From contig CAVYRH010000008.1 in the NCBI GenBank assembly GCA_963770835.1, positions 64,001 through 128,000 on the forward strand: a DNA stretch of 64,000 nt, in the 5' to 3' direction. Made by a program: the position numbers and the translations under genes. Source of the DNA: an uncultured Pseudomonadota bacterium. GTDB taxonomy: Bacteria > Oederibacteriota > Muellerivitia > Muellerivitales > Muellerivitaceae. Shown piece by piece: positions 49,401 to 58,032 of this stretch (position 1 is its first letter; the number at the start of each line of letters is the position of its first letter). The notes beneath the pieces were generated by a model. It saw only the letters and a program-made list of their open reading frames with translations, was not told the DNA's origin and searched no databases.

Positions 49401-49705
49401 TTGGATTCGATATGCTCAATACCGTTGACATAGAAGAATTGGCTTTCGAAGTTATAGGTGAGGAAACTTTCCACCTGGGCCGGACTTAAGCCACCGTAAG
49501 GCTCCACCACGAAAATTTGGGGCGTACCCAAATCCGGGAAGATATCGAACTGCATGTTAAAAAGTGCCGAAAGGGCTCCCAGCGCGATGGCGATACAAAG
49601 CACCACCATGGTGATCGGGCGGCGCATTGCCAATTCCACGAGCTTCACCCGAAAGACACCCGCAAGGCTTTTGTTCTTATCATTCAATCGTTTTTTTAAA
49701 GGCAT
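46472..49705 (-). CDS. RND efflux permease (AcrB/AcrD/AcrF family), paralog 1
   Basis: Same motifs; long stretches identical to paralog 2. Confidence 0.95.
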   Translation of the reverse strand: MPLKKRLNDKNKSLAGVFRVKLVELAMRRPITMVVLCIAIALGALSALFNMQFDIFPDLGTPQIFVVEPYGGLSPAQVESFLTYNFESQFFYVNGIEHIESKSIAQTSIIKLRFHAGTNMAAAMAEVVAYSSRALKNMPAGTLPPLILRFDSGSLPVGDLVFSSPGRNLGDIEDYALNYVRPLLATLPGILAPNPFGSSPRTIVINVDPRKLSQFSLSPEDVAVALAKSNLIVPAGNLEIGTQYPLVPMNSIVEKIDELLTVPIRLGTYPTVFLKDIATVSDSTDIQVGYALLNGKRTIYLPVTKHSDASTLTVVNEVKNSIPLFKSVLPKDIEVQYEFDQSGAVKNSISSLAFEGAMGALLTGLMVLLFLGDWRSALIVIINIPLAVMGAIFSLKIAGQTINIMTLGGLALAIGILVDESAITIENIHVRLEKGENLATAAINGASEIFRPAFLIMLCILAVFIPAFFMGGMAKALFVPLTLAVGFSIIWAFFLSMTIVPILATWLLPQGHGQRAKKSQGKDEKEPFIEKLRRAHGRILEFIYRYRWPFQGLYIIVAVLTILGLGTLIGREIFPQVDSHQLALRVRAPTGTAIDETERITLKVIDLIKQAAGADNVETTLGYVGTQPTQYAINSIFLWTSGPQEASLQVQLKGDSKISTAQLQEKLRPLFQQQLPGVEISFEASGMVDKVMSEGSPKPIEIAVSGHDLDADRQVAARVKQALEGIPGLRDIQYGQPFDYPAVEVQVDRRKAGLRGVQVADIGRSLIPVTSSSRFSLLNFWEDTHSGINYQVQVEVPQNLVTSVDQLKKVPISFNGASLPLDNFAEVQPVTAVAEYDRYNMLRMATVTSNLFGIDLGHADQKIEKALKPIREGLPRGTQIRVQGQVKSLDTMVGGLSAGLLFAIIVILLLLAGSFESFPIAAIVVSNVPAVLTGALALLYLTGSTLNIESFMGTIMAVGVSVSNSILLVTFADLTRRSGVHSWKAAVHGAHSRLRPVLMTAIAMIVGMIPMALGLSESGQQSAPLARAVIGGLLGSTITTLLIMPVIYAIVHHEKPTHTASLDPIDPQSAFYEGRLK

Positions 49706-49949
49706 TTTCTCCCTCAGTATTTGGCCTTTGAAAGGTCCTTTTTAAACAGCTCCATTATTTTTTACGTTTATTCCTAATATTTTGTCCGTTCACGGGTGGA
49801 AAAGCCAAGTCCCGGAAACGTAGAAATGGCGCCTCGCCTTGCGCCTTCCCATCCTAAAACGGCGGCAAACTTCAAGGTTTTGGCGTTATGGGTCCTGGAG
49901 TCCATGGACATTCCATGGACGTCAACAGATCCCTTTATCGTTGGAAATT

Positions 49950-50294
49950 TTAAATTCTTAAAATGCGGAAACTAGGAGGAAGAACGAGGCAAGAGACAGC
50001 TATGGGGCCTGGCCTCAGTGATCGAAGGCCAGGGACAAAAAGCGAATCCTTTGAAATACCTAACCAAACATTCAGGAGACAAAAACCGCGTTTCTCGGTT
50101 TTTTCAAAGGAACTGCGGTAATGGAGGCCTCCCGTGGTCGAATGAACATTGGCGAAAGGGGCTGCCTCCGTAATGGATGCTCCCGTTTTCGGAAACAAAG
50201 AATCCGCCCGATTGGTCAGGCTGGGCCGCAAAGACAAAAGGACAAGGCCGAGGGCCAAGGCCGTTTGGAAAATGATTTTCACCGTGTTTTTCAT
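49950..50294 (-). CDS. LRI-stop small membrane-targeted protein E, leader of the RND operon
   Basis: 114 aa; hydrophobic IIFQTALALGLVLLSL; ends ILRI-TAA; 244 nt upstream of the first RND gene. Confidence 0.7.
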   Translation of the reverse strand: MKNTVKIIFQTALALGLVLLSLRPSLTNRADSLFPKTGASITEAAPFANVHSTTGGLHYRSSFEKTEKRGFCLLNVWLGISKDSLFVPGLRSLRPGPIAVSCLVLPPSFRILRI

Positions 50295-50425
50295 CGGTAA
50301 TAATTATGGGGGGTCCTGAATTTTTTTTCAAGACGTCTGTCCGAAAGCTGATCTTCCATAAATAACTTCCGGGCTTCCAGAATGGGTTTCGAGGGATTCA
50401 AGGCAAAAACCAGGGGTACAGCGGC

Positions 50426-50674
50426 TTAAGAAAACAGCCTGAGCGCCTTTTTCCTTAAAATCCATTCATCCAAAAGATCAAGCGACTCTTCCTGGGTTTT
50501 GCCCACCATTGCCTTCTTGAGCCACCTAAAACCCAAGACATCATTCAAGAAACTTCTCTTTTTCGGCCGTCTTACGGTGCTGCCAACCTTGTTTCGCCTG
50601 GATGAGGTTGATTTGGCCGTGGATTTAGTTGAAACCCTTTTGGCCGGTTTGACGGCCAGTATGGCTTTTTTCAT
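50426..50674 (-). CDS. Small basic hypothetical protein
   Basis: GAGG RBS; Lys/Arg/Ser-rich N-terminus; follows the PAP2 gene. Confidence 0.55.
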   Translation of the reverse strand: MKKAILAVKPAKRVSTKSTAKSTSSRRNKVGSTVRRPKKRSFLNDVLGFRWLKKAMVGKTQEESLDLLDEWILRKKALRLFS

Positions 50675-50689
50675 TTAAGGCCTCGGATT

Positions 50690-51235
50690 TCAAAAATTCA
50701 ATTGGAAGGCGTAGTGGAGGAATAATAACCCGCTTTGGGCGCTGAAAATTCCCAAGCACATTCCAGCCAGGACATCCGTGGGATAATGCACCCCCAGGTA
50801 AATCCTGGAAAAACCGACCAGCATGGCCCAAAGCAAAGCAGGGGCAATCAAAGCCGGGAATGCCATTGAAACCAGCGTGGCCATCAGGAAGGCCGCCGCC
50901 GTATGGCCCGAGGGAAAGCTGAATTCATCCGGCGGCACGATCAGGCACTGGATGCCTTGAATCCTCATGAAAGGCCTGGGGCGCTTGATGTTTTTCTTTA
51001 ATAGATAGTAAAGGCTCAGCTCGACGGCGAAAGCCACGAGCCCCGCCGCCACAAAGGGCAGGGTACGGGAGTCGATCAGGGCCCAAAGAAGACCCATCAA
51101 AGCGCAGGAATAGCTTTCCGCGCTACGCGATAGGACGTAAAAAAACCTTGTCCAGGATTTCCGGTCCGCGTCACCGAAAATTTTCCCGAACAACCGGACA
51201 TCCCATTGGGTCACTTGTTGAATAAGGCTGGCCAT
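50690..51235 (-). CDS. PAP2-family membrane phosphatase
   Basis: KKNIKRPRP, SFPSGH, SRIYLGVHYPTDVLAG. Confidence 0.93.
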   Translation of the reverse strand: MASLIQQVTQWDVRLFGKIFGDADRKSWTRFFYVLSRSAESYSCALMGLLWALIDSRTLPFVAAGLVAFAVELSLYYLLKKNIKRPRPFMRIQGIQCLIVPPDEFSFPSGHTAAAFLMATLVSMAFPALIAPALLWAMLVGFSRIYLGVHYPTDVLAGMCLGIFSAQSGLLFLHYAFQLNF

Positions 51236-51282
51236 AACTATCCTTTCAGGGCCCTTAAGGTAAGAGAACCCTGTTTCGCTCG

Positions 51283-51300
51283 TGTAAATCCGCCATTAAG
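51283..51300 (-). promoter_or_regulatory. Pho-box-like repeat upstream of PAP2
   Basis: Minus strand CTTAATGGCGGATTTACA; 11-bp period, degenerate. Confidence 0.45.
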
Positions 51301-51497
51301 CTTCAGCAAAACCCGAAAAGGCTCAAAAACCCTTGAGAAACAGGAAATTTAACATTAGAAACCGTTCCTAAAAGGCTAAAAACTGTTAAAATAAGCCCCT
51401 TTTTGGGCCCTTGTCATCGTTGAAAAGAATGCCCCTACGGTTTTTCACCAATTTTTGGCAGCTATAGGCCACCTAACATTCATTCGATTGGAGTTCC

Positions 51498-53011
51498 ATG
51501 CCTACTCTTTGCGCTATTGACGTCGGCTCCAACGCCATGAGGCTGGCTATCGGCTTCATGGACCATAACCGCAAGCTCCACGTCGTAGAGGACCTGCGCG
51601 AGCCCGTTCGCTTGGGTTTGGACGTCTTCACCAAGGGTTCCATTTCGAAGGAAACCACTCGACGTTCCATCGAGGCTTTTAAGCGGTTCAAGGAAGTCAT
51701 CGAACAGCACCACGTCCTGAAAATCCGGGCGGTGGCCACCAGCGCCTTGCGGGAAGCCCAAAACCGCGACGCTTTCATCAAGAAGATCCATCCAGGCCAC
51801 AGGCATCGAGCTGAAGACCATCACGGCCGAGGAAGAGGCCCTGCTGGTCTACCTGGCGGTTTCCAAGAAAATCCCCCTGGAATCAAAGACCGCGATGCTG
51901 GTGGACATCGGCGGTGGCAGCGTGGAAATCACCTTGGCGCGAAACGGCAAGATCCTGGCCACCGAGAGCTTCCAGATGGGCGCCGTACGTCTCCTGCAGG
52001 TATTGGAGCGCCAAAAATACGGTGAGAAAAAGTTCAATCTCATGGTGCAGGAATACGTGGAGGCCGCCCGCAAGCGCTTCAACCAGAAACTTGCCGGGGC
52101 GAAAATCGAACTGTGCGTGGGCACGGGCGGGAACCTGGACGCCCTCCTGCTGCTCAAGGACCAGTTGCTGCACAAAAAGGACACCAGCTTCGTCACCCGC
52201 CTTGAACTGCAGTCCATCCTGGCCCGGGTGCGTAAATATTCCTACGACGACCGCATCACCAAGCTGGGCCTGCGGCCCGACCGCGCGGACGTCATCATCC
52301 CCGCCGCCACCGCCCTTTTGCAAATCCTGGAAGTCAGCCGGTCGAGCCGGGTTTATATCCCCAATGTGGGCGTCAAGGAAGGCCTCCTGATCGACATGGT
52401 TTCCGAGCTCTTGACCGGAGGCCCGCCACTTCACCGGGACGAGGTATTGAACTCCATCCGACGCACAGGCGAGAAATATTCCTACGACGAGGCCCATGCT
52501 GAAACCGTGGCCCGGCTGTCCCTCCAGCTTTTTGACAAAACCCGGAATCTCCACCGTCTTGGAGACGACAACAAGCTCATCCTGGAGGCTGCGGCCCGCC
52601 TGCACGACATCGGCCAGTTCATCAGTTACGCCGCCCATCACAAACATTCCTATTACCTCATCAAGGCCTCCCAGCTCATCGGCTTGAGCCCGGAACAAGT
52701 GGAGCTGGTTGCCAACATCTCGCGCTATCACCGAAAGGCCATGCCCAAAGCCACCCATGAGAGCTACCGACTCCTCCAGCCGAGGGAAAAGCTGACGGTC
52801 TGCAAGCTGGCCGCCCTTTTGCGGCTGGCCGACGCCATGGACCACGATCATTCCAGCCGCGTACAAGATTTCAGCATCCAGTACAAGAGGCCCCATTTCT
52901 CTGTCAAAATGACGGGCCAAGGTGATTTGCTTTTGGAACGTTGGGCGCTTGTTGAAAAAGTGCGACCTCTTCGAAAAGGTCTTCAAGATGAAGTTCAACG
53001 TCAAAAGTTAA
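51498..53011 (+). pseudogene. ppx: Exopolyphosphatase Ppx/GppA, frameshifted
   Basis: AIDVGSNAMRL, ATSALREA, DIGGGSVE, RADVIIP, LHDIG. Shift near 51790; a second near 52950 restores KKCDLFEKVF..TAA(53011). Confidence 0.9.
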
Positions 53012-53056
53012 CGGCAGTGGAACAACAACGTTTCTGATCAAGCGAAGGAGTTATTC

Positions 53057-53752
53057 ATGTCAAAAGTAAAGGTCAGCAAAGAAATTGAGGGAAAGCTCGT
53101 CGCCGTGGAGGGGCTGGACGGATCGGGCAAATCCACCCAGATCCGGCTCCTGAAGCGCTGGTTGGAGTTGGAAGGCTATAAGGTCTTCTTCACGGAGTGG
53201 AACTCCTCCGACTTGGTGAAAAAGGCCACCCGAAAGGGCAAAAAAAAGAAGCTCCTGACACCCACCACCTTCTCCCTTATCCACGCCACCGATTTTGCCG
53301 ACCGTTATGAGCGCCAGATCCTGCCCCTTTTAAAAGGGGGTTACGTTGTGTTGGCGGACCGTTACGTTTACACCGCCTTCGCCCGCGACTCGGTGCGCGG
53401 CTGCGACCGGGACTGGCTGAGAAAGCTTTACCGTTTCGCCCGCAAACCCGACATCACCTTTTTCTTCGAGCTGCCCCTGGAGGTGGCCTTGGGGAGGATA
53501 TTGGAGGGCCGGCCCGCCCTCAAATATCACGAAGCCGGCATGGACCTGGGGTTTTCCAAGGACCCTTATGAGTCCTTCAGGGTTTTTCAGGGAAAGATCT
53601 ACGAGGAATACGGCCGCATCTTCAAGGAATTTCCGGCCGAGCGTATCAACGCTTGCGACCCTTCCGAGGGGCAGCAAGCCCGGATGCGGGAAACCGTGCG
53701 AAGGCTTATCGACTTGAAAAAGTTCAAATTGAAACGGGGGATGAAAGTATGA
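53057..53752 (+). CDS. Thymidylate-kinase-like protein 1
   Basis: EGLDGSGKSTQ, HATDFADR, VLADRY. Confidence 0.9.
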   Translation: MSKVKVSKEIEGKLVAVEGLDGSGKSTQIRLLKRWLELEGYKVFFTEWNSSDLVKKATRKGKKKKLLTPTTFSLIHATDFADRYERQILPLLKGGYVVLADRYVYTAFARDSVRGCDRDWLRKLYRFARKPDITFFFELPLEVALGRILEGRPALKYHEAGMDLGFSKDPYESFRVFQGKIYEEYGRIFKEFPAERINACDPSEGQQARMRETVRRLIDLKKFKLKRGMKV

Positions 53753-54576
53753 AACCCAAACGTTTTTATGGCAAGGGGCTTCCCAATGTCGACCCCACCC
53801 AGTTGATGGGGACCTTGATCGTCATCGAGGGTTCCGATGGCGCAGGGCGGTCCACCCAGATCGACTTTCTTTTGAACTGGCTGGAGCGTAAAGGCTATCC
53901 CACAGTACTCGTTGGCTTGAAACGCTCTGAGTTGGTGGGAGAAGCCTTGGCCGAGGCCATGCAGGGGAATACCCTCAACGCTATTACCTTGAACCTGTTC
54001 TATGCCACCGATTTCGCCGACCAATTGGAGCGAGTCATCATCCCAGCGCTAAAAGCCGGCTTCGTAGTCTTGGCCGACCGCTATATCTATACCCTCATGG
54101 CCCGAGACATCGTCCGGGGCTCCTCCATGGAATGGCTTAAGGAAATCTACGGCTTCGCCCTCGTTCCCGACGCCGTCTTCTACCTGAACACCAGTCCCAA
54201 GATCCTGGCGGAGCGGAATTTCCAGAAACGCGGATATCTCGATTACTGGGAATCGGGAATGGATATCCAACGGGTGGGGGGTATGTATGACAACTTCATT
54301 AAATACCAGAACCGCCTGCACAAGGTTTTCCAGGTCCTCCAGAGGGAATACAGCTTTTACAGCATCCAGGGGAGCCGTCCCGCCTTTTCCATCGCCAAGG
54401 AAATCCGGGGTCGGGTGGAAAAAATCCTGACCGCCATCGGGGAAAAAACCGTTGAAAAAGCTTTGGAAAAAAGCCCTTCCATCCCGGCCAAGGAGCCTGT
54501 TTCGGCAGCCATGGAAAAACCCGCTCCTGAGCCGGTCCAGGAAAAAACAAACGGAGCCGACAAGCCTAAGGCTTAA
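53749..54576 (+). CDS. Thymidylate-kinase-like protein 2 (P-loop Lys to Arg)
   Basis: ATGA overlap; EGSDGAGRSTQ, YATDFADQ, VLADRY. Confidence 0.9.
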   Translation: MKPKRFYGKGLPNVDPTQLMGTLIVIEGSDGAGRSTQIDFLLNWLERKGYPTVLVGLKRSELVGEALAEAMQGNTLNAITLNLFYATDFADQLERVIIPALKAGFVVLADRYIYTLMARDIVRGSSMEWLKEIYGFALVPDAVFYLNTSPKILAERNFQKRGYLDYWESGMDIQRVGGMYDNFIKYQNRLHKVFQVLQREYSFYSIQGSRPAFSIAKEIRGRVEKILTAIGEKTVEKALEKSPSIPAKEPVSAAMEKPAPEPVQEKTNGADKPKA

Positions 54577-54599
54577 AACGGGCCGTCACGAGAACCGGT

Positions 54600-55127
54600 T
54601 TAGCCAGCCAGAAACATCCTGAAAAAAGCCAGGTAATGCTTGTATTGAAGATACATGAGTTCGAAGAGGGCGTCGTGGAGTTCGTAATTGGTCCCTCCTC
54701 CCAGCCGGGAAAGGACCTCCTTCACGCAATAATAGCGGGGCCCGGGGCCCGAACCTTGGGGATCTATCGTGTCCTTCCAAAACCGTTGCAAATCTCCGAC
54801 GATTTTCATTACTTCCTCCCGCAGTCCCTCGATTTCGTCTTTCCCTTTCAGTTGAATCAAATCCTGGTTGCGGAAGGATTCCAGGATGTAGTCCCGTGTA
54901 ACGGCTTTGCGTTCTTCCTCTGAAAGTTTTTGGACAACGAAGTCGGCCTTCAAGGTTTGGACCAGGTTGCAGGTACTGAGCGCCATGACGAGTTTGAGGA
55001 CGTCCTTGGGCGGCGCGGAGAAGGGGTGTTTCTTTTGTTTCAGGATGCCCAGGTTCTCGTCCAGACCGGTATTTTTGATGATCTGCCGGGCAACCACAAG
55101 GCTGTTGAACTTTTTGTCGAAGAACAT
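54600..55127 (-). CDS. Hypothetical helical protein
   Basis: 175-aa ORF with protein-like composition, downstream of phoR. Confidence 0.65.
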   Translation of the reverse strand: MFFDKKFNSLVVARQIIKNTGLDENLGILKQKKHPFSAPPKDVLKLVMALSTCNLVQTLKADFVVQKLSEEERKAVTRDYILESFRNQDLIQLKGKDEIEGLREEVMKIVGDLQRFWKDTIDPQGSGPGPRYYCVKEVLSRLGGGTNYELHDALFELMYLQYKHYLAFFRMFLAG

Positions 55128-55213
55128 GGATGCCTATCCTACCAAATAAAGCGCCCTTGGAAGTAGGCCAGCTGGGGGAAAAACATGTTGGAAAATTTGA
55201 GGCTCCGGACCTG

Positions 55214-56539
55214 CTAGGAAACACCCGGGAGGGCCACGGTGAAAGTACTTCCCTTCCCTTCCTCGCTGGCTAGGAAAACCTCGCCGTTCATCTTCTCCAC
55301 CAAGTGCTTCACGATGGAAAGTCCCAGACCCGTGCCGCCCGCTTCGCGGCTGCGGGACACATCCACCCGGAAAAACCGCTCGAATACCCGCGATTGGGCT
55401 TCCTTGGGGATACCGATGCCATGGTCCTCAACGGCAATCTCCACTTTACCGTCCTCCCGAATCTTGGCCCCCAGCAGGATTTCGCTCTTTTGCGGCGAAT
55501 ACTTGACCGCGTTATCCAGCAAATTTTCCAGGACGTGGAAAAGGCCCTCCCGGTGGGCTGTCGCCTTGGTGCCCGGGGGAATCTCCTGCTGGAGGACGAT
55601 CCCCTTGGCTTCCAGCTTAGCCTTCAATAGTTCGACCGCCTGCTGCGCGACATCCGCCACTTCAACCGTTTCCAGGGAGTTAATGTACATACCGCTTTCG
55701 ATGCGGCCCAGTTCCAGGACGTCCGAAATGAGGGCGTTCAACCGCTGGGCTTGGTCCGAAATTTTCTGGAGAAACTGTCCCCGGTTCTTCTTATCGTCGA
55801 TGGCGCCCGAAAGTAGGGTTTCCACGTAGCCTAGGACCGCCGTCAAAGGTGTCTTCAACTCGTGGGAAACATTGGCCACGAACTCGGTGCGCATGCGCAT
55901 GAGGCGCTTGAAAGGGGTGATGTCGGAAAGAACCACGATCTGCCCCAGGAGATGCTCCCGTTCCACGCGGATGGCGGCCACGCTGACCGCGAAAGTCTTT
56001 TCCTCGCGGCCCAAGGTAAAGTCGATTTCACCGCTGGAAAGATTCTCTCGCTTGGATCGGGCCAAAAGATCCGCCAAAACCGGATTTCGAACCACTTCGA
56101 GGTAGTGGCGCCCCAGGGTTCCCTTCTCCGCTGTGCCTAATATCTTCTCGCCCATGGGATTCATGAGAACGATTCGGTCGGCCTGGTTGAGCAGCAGCAC
56201 GCCTTCCCCCATACTATTCAAAACGACGTTCAGCATAGATTCGTTGGACCCCAGCCTCTCCAGCATTTCCTCGAAGTTGCGGCCGGGAATGAAAACATCC
56301 CTATTGTCCTCCGCAGGGGAAATTGAGGGGTCGGGCTGAACAGGGGATAGGGATTCCTTTTTACTGTTGGGGGAAGGGTTTTCCCCCAATAGAAGACGTG
56401 CACATCCCAAACCCAAGAAAATCCCGGACAATACGAAAAACGGATCTTTCCAAGCGGTTAAGTTCAGTCCGAGGAAAAAGAACCCCACGGCAAAGACGGC
56501 CCCTAGGACCGCCCAAAGGAGACGGGAATTTGGTTTCAT
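55214..56539 (-). CDS. phoR: Phosphate regulon sensor kinase
   Basis: Two TMs, PAS (MGEGVLLL), FVANVSHELKTPLT, NLLDNAVKY, FFRVDVSRSREAGGTGLGLSIVKH. Confidence 0.92.
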   Translation of the reverse strand: MKPNSRLLWAVLGAVFAVGFFFLGLNLTAWKDPFFVLSGIFLGLGCARLLLGENPSPNSKKESLSPVQPDPSISPAEDNRDVFIPGRNFEEMLERLGSNESMLNVVLNSMGEGVLLLNQADRIVLMNPMGEKILGTAEKGTLGRHYLEVVRNPVLADLLARSKRENLSSGEIDFTLGREEKTFAVSVAAIRVEREHLLGQIVVLSDITPFKRLMRMRTEFVANVSHELKTPLTAVLGYVETLLSGAIDDKKNRGQFLQKISDQAQRLNALISDVLELGRIESGMYINSLETVEVADVAQQAVELLKAKLEAKGIVLQQEIPPGTKATAHREGLFHVLENLLDNAVKYSPQKSEILLGAKIREDGKVEIAVEDHGIGIPKEAQSRVFERFFRVDVSRSREAGGTGLGLSIVKHLVEKMNGEVFLASEEGKGSTFTVALPGVS

Positions 56540-56640
56540 TAAAGAATTTCCGGAGAAGTTTTGAGTCGCATAGTTTTTAGGCAGGAACAGGCTTGGACCC
56601 CAAGCTTTTTCTATTAAGCCGAAAAGGCGAACTCAAATCC

Positions 56641-57330
56641 TTAAGATGTCGCTTCCTCTTTGAAGAGGTAGCCATAGCCCTTGACGGTCTGGATGTGCTT
56701 GTCGTAAGCGCCCAACTTTTCCCTCAAGCGCCTCACGTGGACGTCCACCGTGCGGGTCGTACCGAAATAATCATAACCCCAAACGTTGTTTAAGAGAACG
56801 TCCCGGGAGAGGACCCGTCCCGAGTGGGTGAGGAAATAATCCAAAAGCTCGAATTCCTTGGCGGTCAGGTCTAATTTCTGCGATTTCAGGATCACCTCGT
56901 GCTTGGCCCGGTTGAGGGTCAAATCCTTGAACTTTTGAACCGCCTCGCCTTCCTGTGCCTTGCTGAAACGCCTCAACACAGCCCGCACCCGTGCTAAAAG
57001 TTCCTTCACCGAAAAGGGTTTGGTCACGTAATCATCGGCCCCCAATTCCAGCCCCACGATCTTATCCGATTCTTCGCCTTTGGCCGTCAACATCACAACG
57101 GGAATGTGGTTGGTTTTAGGGTTGGCCTTCAAGGTCTTGCAGACGGTAAGGCCGTCCACCTTCGGAAGCATCAAGTCCAGCAGCACCAAGTCCGGCATCT
57201 TATCCGGGATTTTTTTGAGGGCCGTTTCGCCGTCCATTTCGGAAAGAACGCGGTATCCGTCTTTTTCAAGGTTATAGGTCAAAAGCTCCACCAGGTCCTT
57301 CTCGTCCTCAACAACAAAAATCTGTTTCAT
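56641..57330 (-). CDS. phoB: Phosphate regulon response regulator (OmpR family)
   Basis: VVEDE, LLDLMLP, LTAKGEESD, GADDYVTKPF, RTVDVHVRRLREKL; upstream of phoR. Confidence 0.92.
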   Translation of the reverse strand: MKQIFVVEDEKDLVELLTYNLEKDGYRVLSEMDGETALKKIPDKMPDLVLLDLMLPKVDGLTVCKTLKANPKTNHIPVVMLTAKGEESDKIVGLELGADDYVTKPFSVKELLARVRAVLRRFSKAQEGEAVQKFKDLTLNRAKHEVILKSQKLDLTAKEFELLDYFLTHSGRVLSRDVLLNNVWGYDYFGTTRTVDVHVRRLREKLGAYDKHIQTVKGYGYLFKEEATS

Positions 57331-57391
57331 GATTTTTCCTTAAAACTCTCACTCAATTCCGGGGGATTATAACGAAGGCTTCCAGAGGTGA

Positions 57392-57409
57392 TGTTAAACC
57401 GGTGTTAAA
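57392..57409 (-). promoter_or_regulatory. Pho box upstream of phoB
   Basis: Minus strand TTTAACA-CCGG-TTTAACA, a perfect 11-bp-period direct repeat. Confidence 0.8.
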
Positions 57410-57551
57410 CCAATTTACATAACATAAAAGAAATAACGGGAACTCAATGAAGTTAAAACCGGGCCCACAATTAACTCCTTATTTACCCTTTCTTCAAATC
57501 ACCGGGCTTTGTCATCCCTATCTTACACCCAAAAAAGTGAGGAGTTGCCCA

Positions 57552-57947
57552 ATGGAACGAATCATGATCATCGACTCCGATATCAGGCAAATGCAGGAAT
57601 TAAACCATGGTCTTTCCGAGAATTACCAAATTTTGAATTGCAGCCGGGGTTCCAAAGCCATGGATTTGTTCAAACTGTACATTCCTTCGGCCTTGGTGTT
57701 GGATCCCGCCACTCCCGAACTAAACGCCCGGGAGTTTATCCATCAGGTTCGATCCCTGCCCGCCGGTTGGCGCTTGCCGATCCTTGCCTTGACCCGCATT
57801 ACCACCCTGCGGCGCATCGAGGAAAGCTTCGACTGGGGGGTAGATATGATCTTTTCCAAGCCATGTTCCGGAGAAAGGGTCAAAAAAAAGCTGGCGGAAT
57901 GTTTTTCTGGGGTGCAAAGGCACGAGGAATTGGCGGGAGTGGACTGA
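57552..57947 (+). CDS. Single-domain response regulator
   Basis: GAGGAG RBS; IMIIDSD, LVLD, LALT, FSKP. Confidence 0.85.
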   Translation: MERIMIIDSDIRQMQELNHGLSENYQILNCSRGSKAMDLFKLYIPSALVLDPATPELNAREFIHQVRSLPAGWRLPILALTRITTLRRIEESFDWGVDMIFSKPCSGERVKKKLAECFSGVQRHEELAGVD

Positions 57948-58032
57948 AGGCTCAAGTCTGGAAACCGACGTTTTTTGAGGCTGCACAACCTTTGACCTAG
58001 TAAAAAGCCGAGTTTCGGTCAAAACGCCTCTT

